From NCBI RefSeq assembly GCF_964355755.1, contig NC_092673.1, positions 33,353,648 to 33,417,647 of the forward strand: a stretch of 64,000 nucleotides of DNA. Reading direction: 5' to 3'. Shown here in pieces: positions 53,401 to 64,000 of this stretch. The notes under the pieces were generated by a model that worked only from the letters and a program-made list of their open reading frames with translations, made no database searches and was not told where the DNA came from. The position numbers and the translations under genes were made by a program. Position 1 is the stretch's first letter; each line of letters opens with the position of its first letter. The stretch is from Antedon mediterranea. Taxonomy: Eukaryota; Animalia; Echinodermata.

Positions 53401-56400
53401 CATCATTTTGTTTGATGTCTTGAGTAGGATTATTCGAAACCACATTATTTGTTATTTCTGATGCTTTGATGCTATTACTTTGTATAGAGTTTTTACCTAG
53501 TTCATGATTAGAAACAGATAAGAAAGACATTGATCCAGACACGTTAGATCCATTTACACATGATTTAAACAGTTTAACTCTGTCGGTACTAGAGTCAGTA
53601 TCTTTCACTACTTCAGGTTCAGTGCATTTTAATGGAATACTTCTTTCAGATTCTCGTTTTATTGATTTAAACACAGAGAAAATGTTGTCTATTTTATTTC
53701 CTCCTTTTGCAGGCAAAATGTCTTTGTCCGATTTCTCATCCTTTCTGGAGAGTTGTACCTCTTGCACTGGAATTTCAATTGCGCTTTGATCATATTGGTT
53801 CCTGTCAGAAACATTTTGTTCAACTGCTGAATTTTTGGTTGTATTAAGTAATGTTTGAGAAATTTTAGAATTTCCATCTGACAAATAATTTTTATGTAAT
53901 TTGGAATTTTCATCTGCAACCGATTTCTTATCGATCTTTTCGACAGAATCAGGTGAAGTAAAAGATGATGTAACAGGAAGAACAGTTGGCATCTGGTGTT
54001 GTATTACAACTTTTTGTCCTGTGTTGCTTGAACCTAAACTAGTAATTGGCGAAGATGTTGGTAACAATAAGCTAAGAGGGCGCTCTCCATTTTTTATAGG
54101 TGCTTTTGACATATCAACTATACTCAGCAGTTCATTGACTGTCCGACCTTTAACTAAATTGGTTGGAATAAGAACGTTTGCTTTTGAAGCTTTAACACAG
54201 TTCAGGAGTTTTGCAGAGGCCAGCAAAGAATTTGTTTTTTCAGTTAAAATATTTTCTTGCTTATCACCAACATCTTGTATTTTATGTGTTCTATTAAATT
54301 TTTTATTTTTGAACATTTGAATTTGCAAAGGTCTTTTGTGTGCTTTTTCGCGGAAAAAATTAATTCCGTTTTTATGTTCTATGTTCCGTTTTACTAATTG
54401 TTTCTGGTTTGGTACAGGTTGTTTTTCTTCATCACTTGACTGACTTGATTGAAATCTACGAGGTGCCTTCCTTTTTCTTTTACCTCTTCGGATATCAACA
54501 CCTTTTCTAGATGTTTTCTTCAAAAAATTGTTCACAGATGTTACAGGAACTTTATGTTTTGAAATAAGATCATTTACTGGTATCTTCACTGTCCCTGGCA
54601 AATCTAATCCATTTTCTACAGCTGTGGCAATCTGAGGTTTTTCCACTAATACCCCAGTAGACTTTTGACGGTCAGATTGTCCAGGTATAGGAACCAGTAC
54701 ATAATTTGTAACAATGCCTTTGTTATTAGTTTGTTTTAACATATGCATTTTGTTTGCAGATTGCAAACACTCCTGTTTTATTGTTTTATTTAAATCTTTG
54801 CATTCAGGTGTATTTGAAAGCGAGGTAATAGATTTTCTGGCTGTTTTTGGAAGTGAGGAAACAGACTTCTTGGCTATTTCTACGAGTGAAGGGACAGACT
54901 TCCTTGCTATTTTTTTAAGTGAAGGAACAGACTTCCTGGCTGTTTTTAGAGGTGAATGAACTGATTTCCTTGCTGTTTTTGGAAGTGAAGGAACCGACTT
55001 CCTTGCTGTTTTTGGAAGTGAAGGAACCGACTTCCTGGCTGTTTTTAGAGGTGAAGAAAATGATTTTCTTGCTGCTTTTTGAAGTGAAGGGAGAGACTTC
55101 CTGGCTGTTTTTGGAGGCGAGTGGAAAGGCTTCCTGGCTGTTTTTGAAAGTGAAGGAACAGACTTTCTGGCTGTAAAATAGCGATGAGGTTTACAAAGAG
55201 ATTTCCGAGCAGTTAATTTATGATGCGGAGGTGGAACATATAAAACTTCAACACATGAATCACTGGAATCATCCAATGTAAACGAAGAATCCGACTCCTC
55301 TGAAGTGCTGATTAAAATTCTTTTGCTCATTACATTGTTTGATTTTCTATCTTTCAATGTGGAATTTGTTTGTAAAATTCCTTTTTTAGTGATGCCATTC
55401 ACACAACTTTTTCTAGCTGTTGGAATGAAACCACAATTGGCTTTCTTATTTTCTACTTTTAAAAATAAAACATCATTTTCGGATTCTTCTGACGATGTTA
55501 GAATTGGTGGCTTTGCATTACATTCCTCTTCTAAGTCATGATCCACCGTTCCATCTTTATTTACGGTAAGTACAGAACTCGATACATGACTAACCATTTG
55601 CATGTCCATAGTTACCTCTTTAACCACAAGATGAGTACATGGTGTGACTGTCGGTTTAACAGCTTTTTTTAAGTAATCCTTCTGTCTCAGACCGATATTA
55701 ACAGGTCCTTTAAAATCACTACGTGGAATGGGTTGTTTAGGATGACTATCTAGAAGCTTATTATCCTTTTTCAATGTTTTCTGAAAATACTCTGGTACCC
55801 TGCTTTCCGAGTGATCAGAAAGCAATTTTCGAGCTGCAACATTTATAGACTTTGGAGATTCCTCTTTTGCAAGAACAAGTTCCTCATAAGCATTTTCAAC
55901 TTCATGGCCTAATTGTTTCCATCTTTTTTTTTGTGAACTATAACCATCCATGCTTGGAGACCAGGTTTTATCAGTATCCGAAGCAGAACTCCAATTTTCT
56001 GATTCAGTAAACTTATCAGACGAATGTTCCAAGTCAGTTTCATCAGGACTTAGCAAGTTAAGAGTTGTTTGAAAGTTTTTGCCTAATATCTTTTGAGCCT
56101 GCTCATTAATTTTGTCATGTTGGTTTGTACAGTTAGTGTTATTTTGAATACCAGGTGAAGTAACTATTGTTTCTTCTGCAGCTTTCTTATCTGGATTTTC
56201 AGTTGGTAATTCTTTACTCATTCCTGCAACTATTGGCAATGATGCATCAGTTGTTTCAAGACTCCTTTCTTTTTTCTCTATAGAGTCGGTTTTCACTAGT
56301 TTTTCGTCAAATACATTGATTTGCTTGGTTTCCATTTTACCATTGCATAAACTATTTGAATGTTTATCGCCAGCTTGTTGTTGGTTTTCATCAGGTCCTG

Positions 56401-56404
56401 TCAT
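41353..56404 (-). CDS. EHMT1: Euchromatic histone-lysine N-methyltransferase (G9a/GLP family; EHMT1/2 co-ortholog), 22 coding exons, 5802 nt, ~1933 aa
   Basis: Hand-spliced GT-AG exons give one open frame: long disordered N-terminus, Cys-rich domain ([14 protein letters not shown]), ankyrin repeats, pre-SET, SET ([17 protein letters not shown]) and post-SET (CCCGSAYC). The symbol denotes the family; EHMT1 versus EHMT2 cannot be resolved. Confidence 0.95.
41796..41971 (-). CDS. EHMT1: EHMT SET exon
   Basis: [26 protein letters not shown]...EELG; cag/gtatgt boundaries. Confidence 0.95.
42420..42498 (-). CDS. EHMT1: EHMT SET exon
   Basis: [27 protein letters not shown]. Confidence 0.95.
42759..42908. 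mobile_element. MITE family B in an EHMT intron
   Basis: Family-B TIRs with TTA on both sides. Confidence 0.8.
42938..43140 (-). CDS. EHMT1: EHMT pre-SET/SET exon
   Basis: [37 protein letters not shown]...[19 protein letters not shown]. Confidence 0.95.
43290..43520 (+). mobile_element. SINE relic resembling the Deu/Nin-domain core
   Basis: taaggactataaaccgt...gtgcactttaaaaatctagtg...tcgagacaagtaggggg...ccccggt resembles the Deu/Nin core as recalled; not aligned. Confidence 0.4.
43542..43619 (-). CDS. EHMT1: EHMT pre-SET exon
   Basis: [26 protein letters not shown]. Confidence 0.93.
43942..44086 (-). CDS. EHMT1: EHMT pre-SET exon
   Basis: [18 protein letters not shown]...[11 protein letters not shown]. 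Confidence 0.93.
44461..44628 (-). CDS. EHMT1: EHMT ankyrin end / linker exon
   Basis: [23 protein letters not shown]...ERILSK. Confidence 0.9.
45208..45246 (-). CDS. EHMT1: EHMT 39-bp ankyrin exon
   Basis: (L)[12 protein letters not shown](V); ttttcag/gtaagt boundaries. Confidence 0.9.
45614..45729 (-). CDS. EHMT1: EHMT ankyrin exon
   Basis: [39 protein letters not shown]. Confidence 0.93.
45862..45966 (-). CDS. EHMT1: EHMT ankyrin exon (methyl-lysine cage)
   Basis: [35 protein letters not shown]. Confidence 0.95.
46385..46486 (-). CDS. EHMT1: EHMT ankyrin exon
   Basis: [34 protein letters not shown]. Confidence 0.93.
46870..47099 (-). CDS. EHMT1: EHMT ankyrin exon
   Basis: EGFDPNHRF...[11 protein letters not shown]...[11 protein letters not shown]...GADVSCK. 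Confidence 0.93.
47499..47581 (-). CDS. EHMT1: EHMT exon
   Basis: [27 protein letters not shown], similar to G9a KKLRFHPRQLY. Confidence 0.9.
47894..47960 (-). CDS. EHMT1: EHMT exon
   Basis: [23 protein letters not shown]; splice phases fit both neighbours. Confidence 0.85.
48302..48411 (-). CDS. EHMT1: EHMT exon
   Basis: [12 protein letters not shown]...[10 protein letters not shown]. Confidence 0.85.
48587..48861 (-). CDS. EHMT1: EHMT Cys-rich domain exon
   Basis: [19 protein letters not shown]...[10 protein letters not shown]. Confidence 0.9.
49275..49329 (-). CDS. EHMT1: EHMT Cys-rich domain exon
   Basis: [18 protein letters not shown]. Confidence 0.9.
49570..49658 (-). CDS. EHMT1: EHMT Cys-rich domain exon
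   Basis: [30 protein letters not shown]. Confidence 0.88.
49775..51879. mobile_element. Foldback/MULE-like non-autonomous DNA transposon with ~280-bp modular TIRs
   Basis: Arms made of ~52-bp subrepeats (ccaaaatacgtcaagttgagggcgct) in inverted orientation; flanked by the direct repeat TCCAAAAACT at 49765-49774 and 51880-51889. Confidence 0.8.
50485..51387. mobile_element. Harbinger-like non-autonomous element nested inside the foldback element
   Basis: TIRs ggccccgtttctgctgccaa...ttggcagcagaaacgggccc, TAT on both sides, subterminal ataccgtata repeats. Confidence 0.75.
52291..52383 (-). CDS. EHMT1: EHMT Cys-rich domain, first exon
   Basis: [12 protein letters not shown]...[11 protein letters not shown], similar to G9a LCSCRME...CMATESVDG. 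Confidence 0.88.
52531..52565 (-). CDS. EHMT1: EHMT 35-bp exon
   Basis: [12 protein letters not shown]; needed to convert phase 1 to phase 0. Confidence 0.75.
52720..52800 (-). CDS. EHMT1: EHMT 81-bp exon (symmetric phase 1-1)
   Basis: [27 protein letters not shown]; tttag/gttggt boundaries. Confidence 0.65.
52894..53029. mobile_element. MITE family B, degenerate
   Basis: Family-B interior and right TIR gtttgatagtgtacacatagct. Confidence 0.7.
53077..56404 (-). CDS. EHMT1: EHMT giant first coding exon (~1109 aa, disordered, ARKS array, basic NLS-like clusters)
   Basis: 3.3-kb stop-free frame from ATG 56404 (MTGPDEN) to donor ATAG|GTAATT at 53077/53076; candidate acceptors place the exon start at 56444 or 56492. 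Confidence 0.88.
54812..55174 (-). repeat. Coding 33-bp tandem repeat x11 encoding histone-H3-like TARKS units
   Basis: [121 protein letters not shown]. Confidence 0.97.
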
Positions 56405-57438
56405 CTTTCTTTTCTTTACAAACACTTCCAACACATTATAGTTTCTGAGGGGAAAAGGTGTGCATTATAAATGAATGTTCAGTACAAAATCACTGGAATA
56501 AATGAAAAAAAAAGGAATTCTGTAAATATTTAGTATGAATCGTTGGCAGTCACAAAAAGATGATGCTGCATGGTATTTAAACATTTTTCGCAATTTAAAA
56601 AAAATAATGTCGCCAATGGTGCAACACTGTAAAGAACATGACCTAAATATGGGGGTGAGTTAAATGGCTGTATTCACCAATCAAAAACAAGTTTTCATTA
56701 TTTTCACTAATTGAAGTCAATCAAATTTCAGGTCAGTAGTACCTAGATAGAAGAATTTATTTTTTCCCAAATCTAAGTGCGATACATAAAGCACTTAGTA
56801 CTGTAGAGTAGCTGTATTATTGTAGTAGCTGGAGTATTTTTTGTCCTACCCTTTTTGAATAAATGTTATTGAACTTGAGTTAAAACAACAATATTTACAT
56901 TAAATATACAGTAATGACAAAACCTTGTTACAATCTCTTGCGTCAAGTAAACTAACTACCCAGGTTAGAGACAATCTTCTACTGTATACTACAGTATAAA
57001 ATTATATTTCTAACCAAAAAAAAGTTTCCCAGAAAAATAAAAACACACTCATTGTTTGACACAGTTTTAGAAATGGAAATAAATGTAGTACCAGAACAAA
57101 AAAAACATGTGAAAAGACGGTCAGTGTTAAGTTTGTCTAGGCAAATGTGAATACTGGTAAAAATACTAATGGTAGATCTATATTTAAACAAAATCTAAAC
57201 TTCCGTTTTCAAAATAACTTAATAAGCATTTTTTTCTTTTCTGAAGATAATGTTTGTTTGTTTGTTTTATTAGTTTTCCACACACAAATAAATACAATTA
57301 ATCACATGTTAAATAATATAGTATTCAATAACTGAAATAACAAAATTAGGATAAGTGGTGTGTGGATGGAGGCCAAAATAAGTTTGTTAAACAAACTTTA
57401 AGCCATGGCCACCGGTTAAAATTAAAATCAAAATAAGT

Positions 57439-57695
57439 TTGGATAGTGAATCTTTGACACCCTCGGCTTGGTAGATTGCAATAACAACAATACCTGGTAG
57501 TAGCTAAGTTTTATTTTATATACCTGTTAGATAATGCACTGTTGACGTGATTGGTGTAATATTAGTACAATTATCAGATAAAAATTTACTGTTGGATCAG
57601 GCATTCTTCAGCAAAAACTATCTTTATTAAAATAATTTGAGAAAGAATTAAGATAATAATTTAAATTTAACTTCAATCAGAAAAACTGTATTAAA
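57439..57695. repeat. Left arm of a ~257-bp inverted repeat
   Basis: Reverse complement of 59146-59402 apart from a few substitutions and short indels. Confidence 0.93.
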
Positions 57696-58659
57696 CATAA
57701 CATATACATTAATACAAACAAATTATATAGTATTTCTAGTATACAGTAACAATTTAACCATTAATCAGATGATTAATCGGTGACAGCGTTTTGTTTAATG
57801 CTTTCCTCTCTCCTCGGCTTCGTGTCTTTTCCTTCATATATATTTATTTTTCTATGTTTTTGTAACTTTTATTTTATGTTTATTGCCGAAATGAATAAAA
57901 TGAAAATAAAATAAGATAAAAAAGGATTTTTTTATAAAGCCTCAGATTTTCACTTAAGTACAACTATCTTGACTTAAGCAACCAGCCTAGCTAATGTTCT
58001 AAGCACATATTACCATCCTTCAGTTCCTTTAATTTAAAGGTGTACATACATGGTTCACCTAAAAAAAAAGATCAACAATTTTTACCATCTTCTACATTTG
58101 GGTACAATCTAACAATGCTTATACTTATAGTAAGTACTAATTACATTTTAATAACCAACTAAATTTTAAGCTATATCTTTAAAAGATATTTTAAAATATA
58201 TAAATATATACAAGATGACTATGGATATGACTATCATGATTGTGTAGTTACTGTACAAGTAACAAAACAGAAGTGACCTTTGTACTCTTGAACTATAGAG
58301 GGCTTTATTACAGCAATACAGTGTACATACCTACACACAGAGAACAAAGGAAATTAGTATAGTAATAACAATACATAACTTTAAATATTATATGTGTTAA
58401 TAATCAAAGATGTCTTTAGTTTATACAGTAATCATCTGATTAATGGTTAAATTGTTACTGTATACTAGAAATACTATATTATTTGTTTGTATTAATGTAT
58501 ATGTTATGTTTAAAGCCCCATTCCCTACATTTTTTAGATCTAATTTAAGATCACAAACTATATATAATGTAAAAATAATACTATATGGTCCTATTGCGAT
58601 AACTTTTTTCGTCTTTAAACGGTTAAAAATGTGAAAAATAAATCGATTCTAATAATTAT

Positions 58660-59000
58660 AGCGGCCCGCTATAAATCCCAAAATGCATTGCGCGTGGATT
58701 GATATTTTTGTTTTTCACCAGTGTAATTCGCCCACTTTTCGATCGATTGTGAAGCCAAAAAAAATGGAAGACTCCTAACTTTTCAGCGAAAATACCGGGT
58801 TTTCCCCAATTTGTATCAACGGAGTCTGGCAAAAATAGAAAGACAATTAATGCAGCAACTATACAACGTCAGGCTAGGTATATAGCTAGCGTACGATGTT
58901 CGTACGTTATCGATGTTTACCAGCTAGGCCTACAAAACTAAGCCTAGCTAGGCTAGGCCTAAGACCATCCACGAGAGGTCGATCGCCGCGAGCTACTTAG
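58660..59000. promoter_or_regulatory. Promoter-like CpG-containing island with a ZNF143/Staf-like site
   Basis: TCCCAAAATGCATTGCG at about 58676-58692; local CpG cluster in CpG-poor surroundings; possible + strand donor CTAG|GTATAT at 58878. Confidence 0.5.
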
Positions 59001-59145
59001 GTAGTGCATTGTTTCTCACTTTTTATCATAATTTACCATAAAACGTACATTTAATTTAAGACAAGGAATGACATGGTTTAATGTTTTTAAAGTGATATAT
59101 ATGTATTATTTTCAAAAAAACGTCCAAAATTGCAGGGAAGGGGTC

Positions 59146-59402
59146 TTTAATACAGTTTTTCTGAATGAAATAGTTAAATTTAAATTATTATCTTAATTCT
59201 TTCTCAAATTATTTTAATAAAGATAATTTTTCTTGATGCTTGATCCAACAATAAATTTTTATCTGATAATTGTACTAATATTACACCAATCGCGTCAACA
59301 GTGCATTATCTAACAGGTATATAAAATAAAACTTAGCTACTTCCAGGTATTGTTGTTAATTGCAATCTACCAAGCCGAGGGTGTCAAAGATTCACTATCC
59401 AA
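59146..59402. repeat. Right arm of the ~257-bp inverted repeat
   Basis: Reverse complement of 57439-57695. Confidence 0.93.
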
Positions 59403-60108
59403 TAAAATAAATAAATTGTTAATGTACTGTTTTTGGGATAAAATTCAGCTTTTATACATTATTCTTTTTGGGAAAAAAAAGTAAATTATTTATGTACCGT
59501 TCACTAAATATTGTGCAACAATATTATCATATTCATGAGCTATTTTGAAGAAATAAAAGTGGGAAGAACCCAGAAAAGACAAAAAAATTGTATATTTTCT
59601 AGTTTTTTAAGCAACTTGCTCCACTATGAATAAAAATATTTTACCATTAATCATGAGCAACAATTTCCATTAACATCATGAATCTCAGTGGAACCAATCA
59701 AACAAAATATTCTAAACTTCTGATTATTTTAAAAATATAAACATCTGGGTAGAATAGAATGTATATCTTACTTCTATTTCTGATGATAGCAAAATACAGT
59801 TTGAAAATTTTGGTTACAAAAAAAATCTACAAATTTTAAGTTTGACAAAAAAAAGTGTGATGTGCCCAAATATGGTAGTGATATGCCTAATTTTGGTAGT
59901 GATTTCTCGACAGCGCTTGGTAAGTAATCATTTCTATTAGACGGAAATTATAAATATTTTATTGGGACTCCTTAGATTAGTCAATTTATTTCCTTTGAAA
60001 ATGAAAACATACAACAAAAGACATACATTTTATGATTAAAAATTCATAAGGAACATTTTTATACATTCTAAGTGTACATAAATTAAACAAACTCTCAATT
60101 ATCTTTAA

Positions 60109-60648
60109 AGATGTATTGTCCCTTGAAACACAAAAAATGAATCTAAATTTAAATTGGCCATATCAAAGTAATATTAAAGTTATTCACTTTAAGTCGAAAA
60201 TTCGAGCCAAAAACAACAAGTTCACGTAATTAACAGGTAAATTAATTTGATTACATTTCGTCTGGAAAATCGTCAAGAGCGAAAGTAAACTTGGTTTCAA
60301 ACCACGAGTATGCATTATGCTAATTGGGATTGTTTACAACTCGTCACGGTTGAGAAGGTGTTTTCACACAGATCGCGAGGAAGTTTTATGATTACCTGTA
60401 TGCATACAGAGTAGCCAAACAAACGTGTTGCATTATGAGATATGTTCTGATCAAAAACTTTGACTGGAAGTCAAAGTTATTTTTTGAACAAAAAAAAACG
60501 TCTGTATTTCAGTTAAATTATTATTTTTTGGACTAATTTTTGGTGAAAGTTAATACCGTAACTATTATGATACTTCAAAATGACCCACTTTTTTTCGAAA
60601 GATTAAACAAAAATTTTTTTGGGAATTAGTCAAAGGGACAATACATCT
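60109..60648. mobile_element. Kolobok-like non-autonomous DNA transposon (540 bp)
   Basis: TTAA|AGATGTATTGTCCCTT...AAGGGACAATACATCT|TTAA: perfect 16-bp TIR, TTAA duplication, purine-purine 5' termini. Confidence 0.8.
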
Positions 60649-63600
60649 TTAATCATTCAGAGTGTACATAAATTAAACAAATATCTTTTCTTCAAGATTG
60701 AAGAAGAATGTGTGCAGAGAGAAAATTTTCTTCATCATAATGTATACAGATCAACAACCTTTTGTTTTTGATTTTCTTTCTAACACTCTGATAAATTGTA
60801 TCCTTATTTGTATACTTTAATTGTCTATCTGTGTAATTATTATCAGGCCTGATGATGATCCAATAAAGATTGAAATGTTGAATCATGACTTCCCTCTCAT
60901 TTTTAGAGTAAGTTTTTAACGGTACAGTTAATACATTGCGAGAAATGCCCTTTATGGCTCAGCAATGGATGCAAACTGGCGTTTTCTACTCCAAGAGTTA
61001 AAATATATTTGACAGCGCAACTGCAGCCTTGTTGGTATAGTTGTGCATATAAAGAGTTTTTTTATGTTATTTATATTTTTATATATACAAATACAATGAT
61101 TAATAAAAAAGAAAATAAATGAAATGTATAATCATTTAGTGTAGAGAGCCTCTTGACTGTTATTTTTGTTATAACATTTAGGTAATCTTTATTGATTTAC
61201 ATTCTTTTGTCTGTATGTTTGTTTTTGTTTTCTATGGCGAAATAAATGATGAAAGGTGCTGCAATTGGTTTTACAAGACAGACCATATAATATAAACAAT
61301 CATTTTCATAACTTCTCTGATTTATGCTTCTTTTGATTCACCTAATTCATAAATTTGACTAAAAGGATTTATTTTACATGTTTAAGATTTTTTGGTATAA
61401 AGCTAATTTTAAAAAACTATAAAAATCATTTGTTGACAAAATTTTAATTAGTTTGTATCCGGATGTTTTTTTTTTTACTTTGTAACATTTTACTAAAACA
61501 AAAGGAAGGAAATTTTAATGTCGCCATACTTCACATACTGCATTACTACTGCGGTGAATTGCATTATGAATAAATGACTTCTTCCAACAAAGCCACTATA
61601 TCTTATTGTTTATGAAATAAGTCTTTTAATTTTTTAAATAATTGAATTTACTATGGAATGAATTCAACACTGGACTTAATTTGTTAAAATTAACTGAGTC
61701 GTTGGCCAGTGACCAAGAAAACTCCAATCCGAACAATGGCTACAATTCCCACAGGTTTAACAAAGTCCGATACTTTTTTTACCGATCTCTGCCTGCCTAA
61801 TAAAACTTACCATGGTATCGGTAAAATTAACCATCCAATTCAAACATAAGATTATGTTGACACATCCGAGTCAATCATTGTTTTTAACATCACAGTTAAA
61901 TTTTTTGGTAAAGTTACGGTAAAACTAACTGTGTAAAAATATCCAAGTGCGAACGGATGATCAAATCTTCCAATGAAATTGGTTAAAGCTACGTGTTTAA
62001 ATTTACCATTTTCAAGTCCAGTGCGAACAAGGCTTTACAATTGAAAGTGTTTGCTCTAGTCGTGTATCATTTAGCAATTTCCTGCCTAACAAACTATTTG
62101 GATTAATAATGGTATATTTCTAAAATCACCAAAATAAATCTTTTTCTGTCGGTTTTCTGCTATTCTTTTTTCTAAGCTGTTAAAATGATTGCAGGAGACT
62201 ACATATACAGTAGACTAATGGAATAATAAACAACAAACCTTAGATAGAAGGCGCTACATATGTTTTTATATCAATACAAATTACGATTACCATAATTGGA
62301 TAGATAAAAGTTATATATTCTGTTTAGTGTCACTAAATGATCAGTTTTAATCTGTGTTCTAACCAAGTACCAAACAAAACTAACATCCATGTATGTTGAT
62401 AAGATACTAAAAGCAACATAGGCCTACTGTCAATTTTACAATCATGTATCATGCAACTGGAATATTAGGCCTAGAGACTTGTGTTAAAATCTTGTTATGG
62501 ATATGTAATCGATACAGCTAGATAAATGAAAATTAAACTAGATATAATAAGGATATGTTGTTAACCCTCAAAGATGGGTACATTGCAATTTGAAAATTCA
62601 GTTGATATTATAAACATATTACTTCCTGCTTCAAGTTTAATCTACATTGATAATCTGCTACTAGTTAGCATTGCTGATGTGGTCACAAAAATACAGTAAA
62701 TCTATCCACCTACTGTATATATACTGTTACCTACAAAGACCATACTTACAGTTCATTAAATAGAATTTAAAACTACTATTAGATATGGACAGGTTAGACA
62801 ATTTTGAGGTAAACCACCAAACAAACATTCATAAAAAGAGAAAAATAAATAGGCATAAAAATGGAAGAGTAATGAAAAAGCTATGTGCATATCGAAAGAG
62901 GTTACTACACAGTAATGTAATGAAGGTAATGAATTGTACTGGGATCGATAACTGATACCATAAGAAAAGATCTTAAAATCGCATCTCTAAAATACAAATT
63001 TAATTTGTTAATGAATTTCATCATGGACCTATATGATTTCATTTTAAAATTGACCTTAATTCACTTACAGAACCTCAAACTAGACATGGCTAAGTACAAT
63101 TGTAATAGTAATTATTTAAAAAAATCTTTTATTCATTTTAGAATTTTTCTTCTACTACTAGTATTAAGGATTTATTTAATGATTTGGTATATTTCCACTC
63201 CAAAAAAAAAAATAATGCAGGAAAATATAACTTCCATTTTCTTGGCAGCAGGAGGAAAAAGTTTTTAAAATGACATTCACTTGATTAATAGTGAAAGATG
63301 CAATTCCTATGTTTCTTGATATCAAATTTAAAACTTGGTTACCATATAGCATACGTTAACCTCCTCTGTGTCAAAAAAATCTGGAGAATTGATTTAAAAA
63401 ACAAGAAAAAACACAAAAAAAAGTTTGATGATTCATGAAATTAACTGTTTCTTGTTCAATGTTAGCTACTAGAATTGACCTTTAACCTTGGATGGACGCT
63501 ACTTTTAATCTGGCAAAGTGAGCCATTGGTCGCAACATTCTATTTGAAAGTTGCATTTTTGTTTATTTCATTGTCGTGAAGTTAAAAAAATATGAATACT

Positions 63601-64000
63601 GTATATTGCAAATTTACTAATGGTCCTAATCAATCACATTTATTCAAAAATTGTACTACCTTGCAGGGAAATCGTAAAATCAGAAATATCAGATGAAAAT
63701 TACATTTTATTAAGAGACAATAACAATTGAGTGGTTTTTTTTTTACTGACCGGGAGAATTGTTATATTTGTTTTAACATTTTGTGACACTGAGAGAATCT
63801 GCCAGTTATTTTGAAGAAACAAACAAACCTTAAATCTTTGAAAACTGAAAATAGAAAAGGAGAAAGACTTGTTACAGTATTGATAGAATTGTTTTTTAGA
63901 TTTTTTGTCCTCGTCAGATTCAAGTTAAGCAACAAGTTGTTACATGGAGTTATAGCTCCATGGCATGGTTGTTCAATGACGAAATAGTTATTTTACCAAC

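Noticed and set aside
53689-55541. Overlapping short ORFs within the giant EHMT exon
   Set aside because: Antisense or alternate-frame shadows with no independent signals.
56405-56434. ORF-track start at 56434
   Set aside because: It is a GTG; the first in-frame ATG is at 56404, though an upstream coding exon cannot be fully excluded.
60690-61030. Possible LINE ORF2 relic
   Set aside because: Only faint motif resemblance; cannot be supported without alignment.

Overview
AT-rich animal (invertebrate-type) genomic DNA with spliceosomal introns; no prokaryotic features. Two minus-strand genes were reconstructed by hand. (1) A complete EHMT (G9a/GLP-family) H3K9 methyltransferase: 22 coding exons, 41353-56404, about 1933 aa, all splice phases consistent, with a Cys-rich domain, ankyrin repeats and pre-SET/SET/post-SET. 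Its 3.3-kb first coding exon encodes a tandem array of eleven 11-aa histone-H3-mimic units (consensus [11 protein letters not shown]), the most unusual feature here. (2) The 5' end of a Cav2-type calcium channel alpha1 gene (exons 1827-2045, 19177-19414 and probably one ending at 31944), followed by a U12 AT-AC-type donor. Non-coding DNA holds several non-autonomous DNA transposon families (Harbinger-, Kolobok- and foldback/MULE-like), minisatellites, SINE/LINE relics, and a ~257-bp inverted repeat pair enclosing a promoter-like island upstream of EHMT. All calls come from reading the sequence; no database searches were run.
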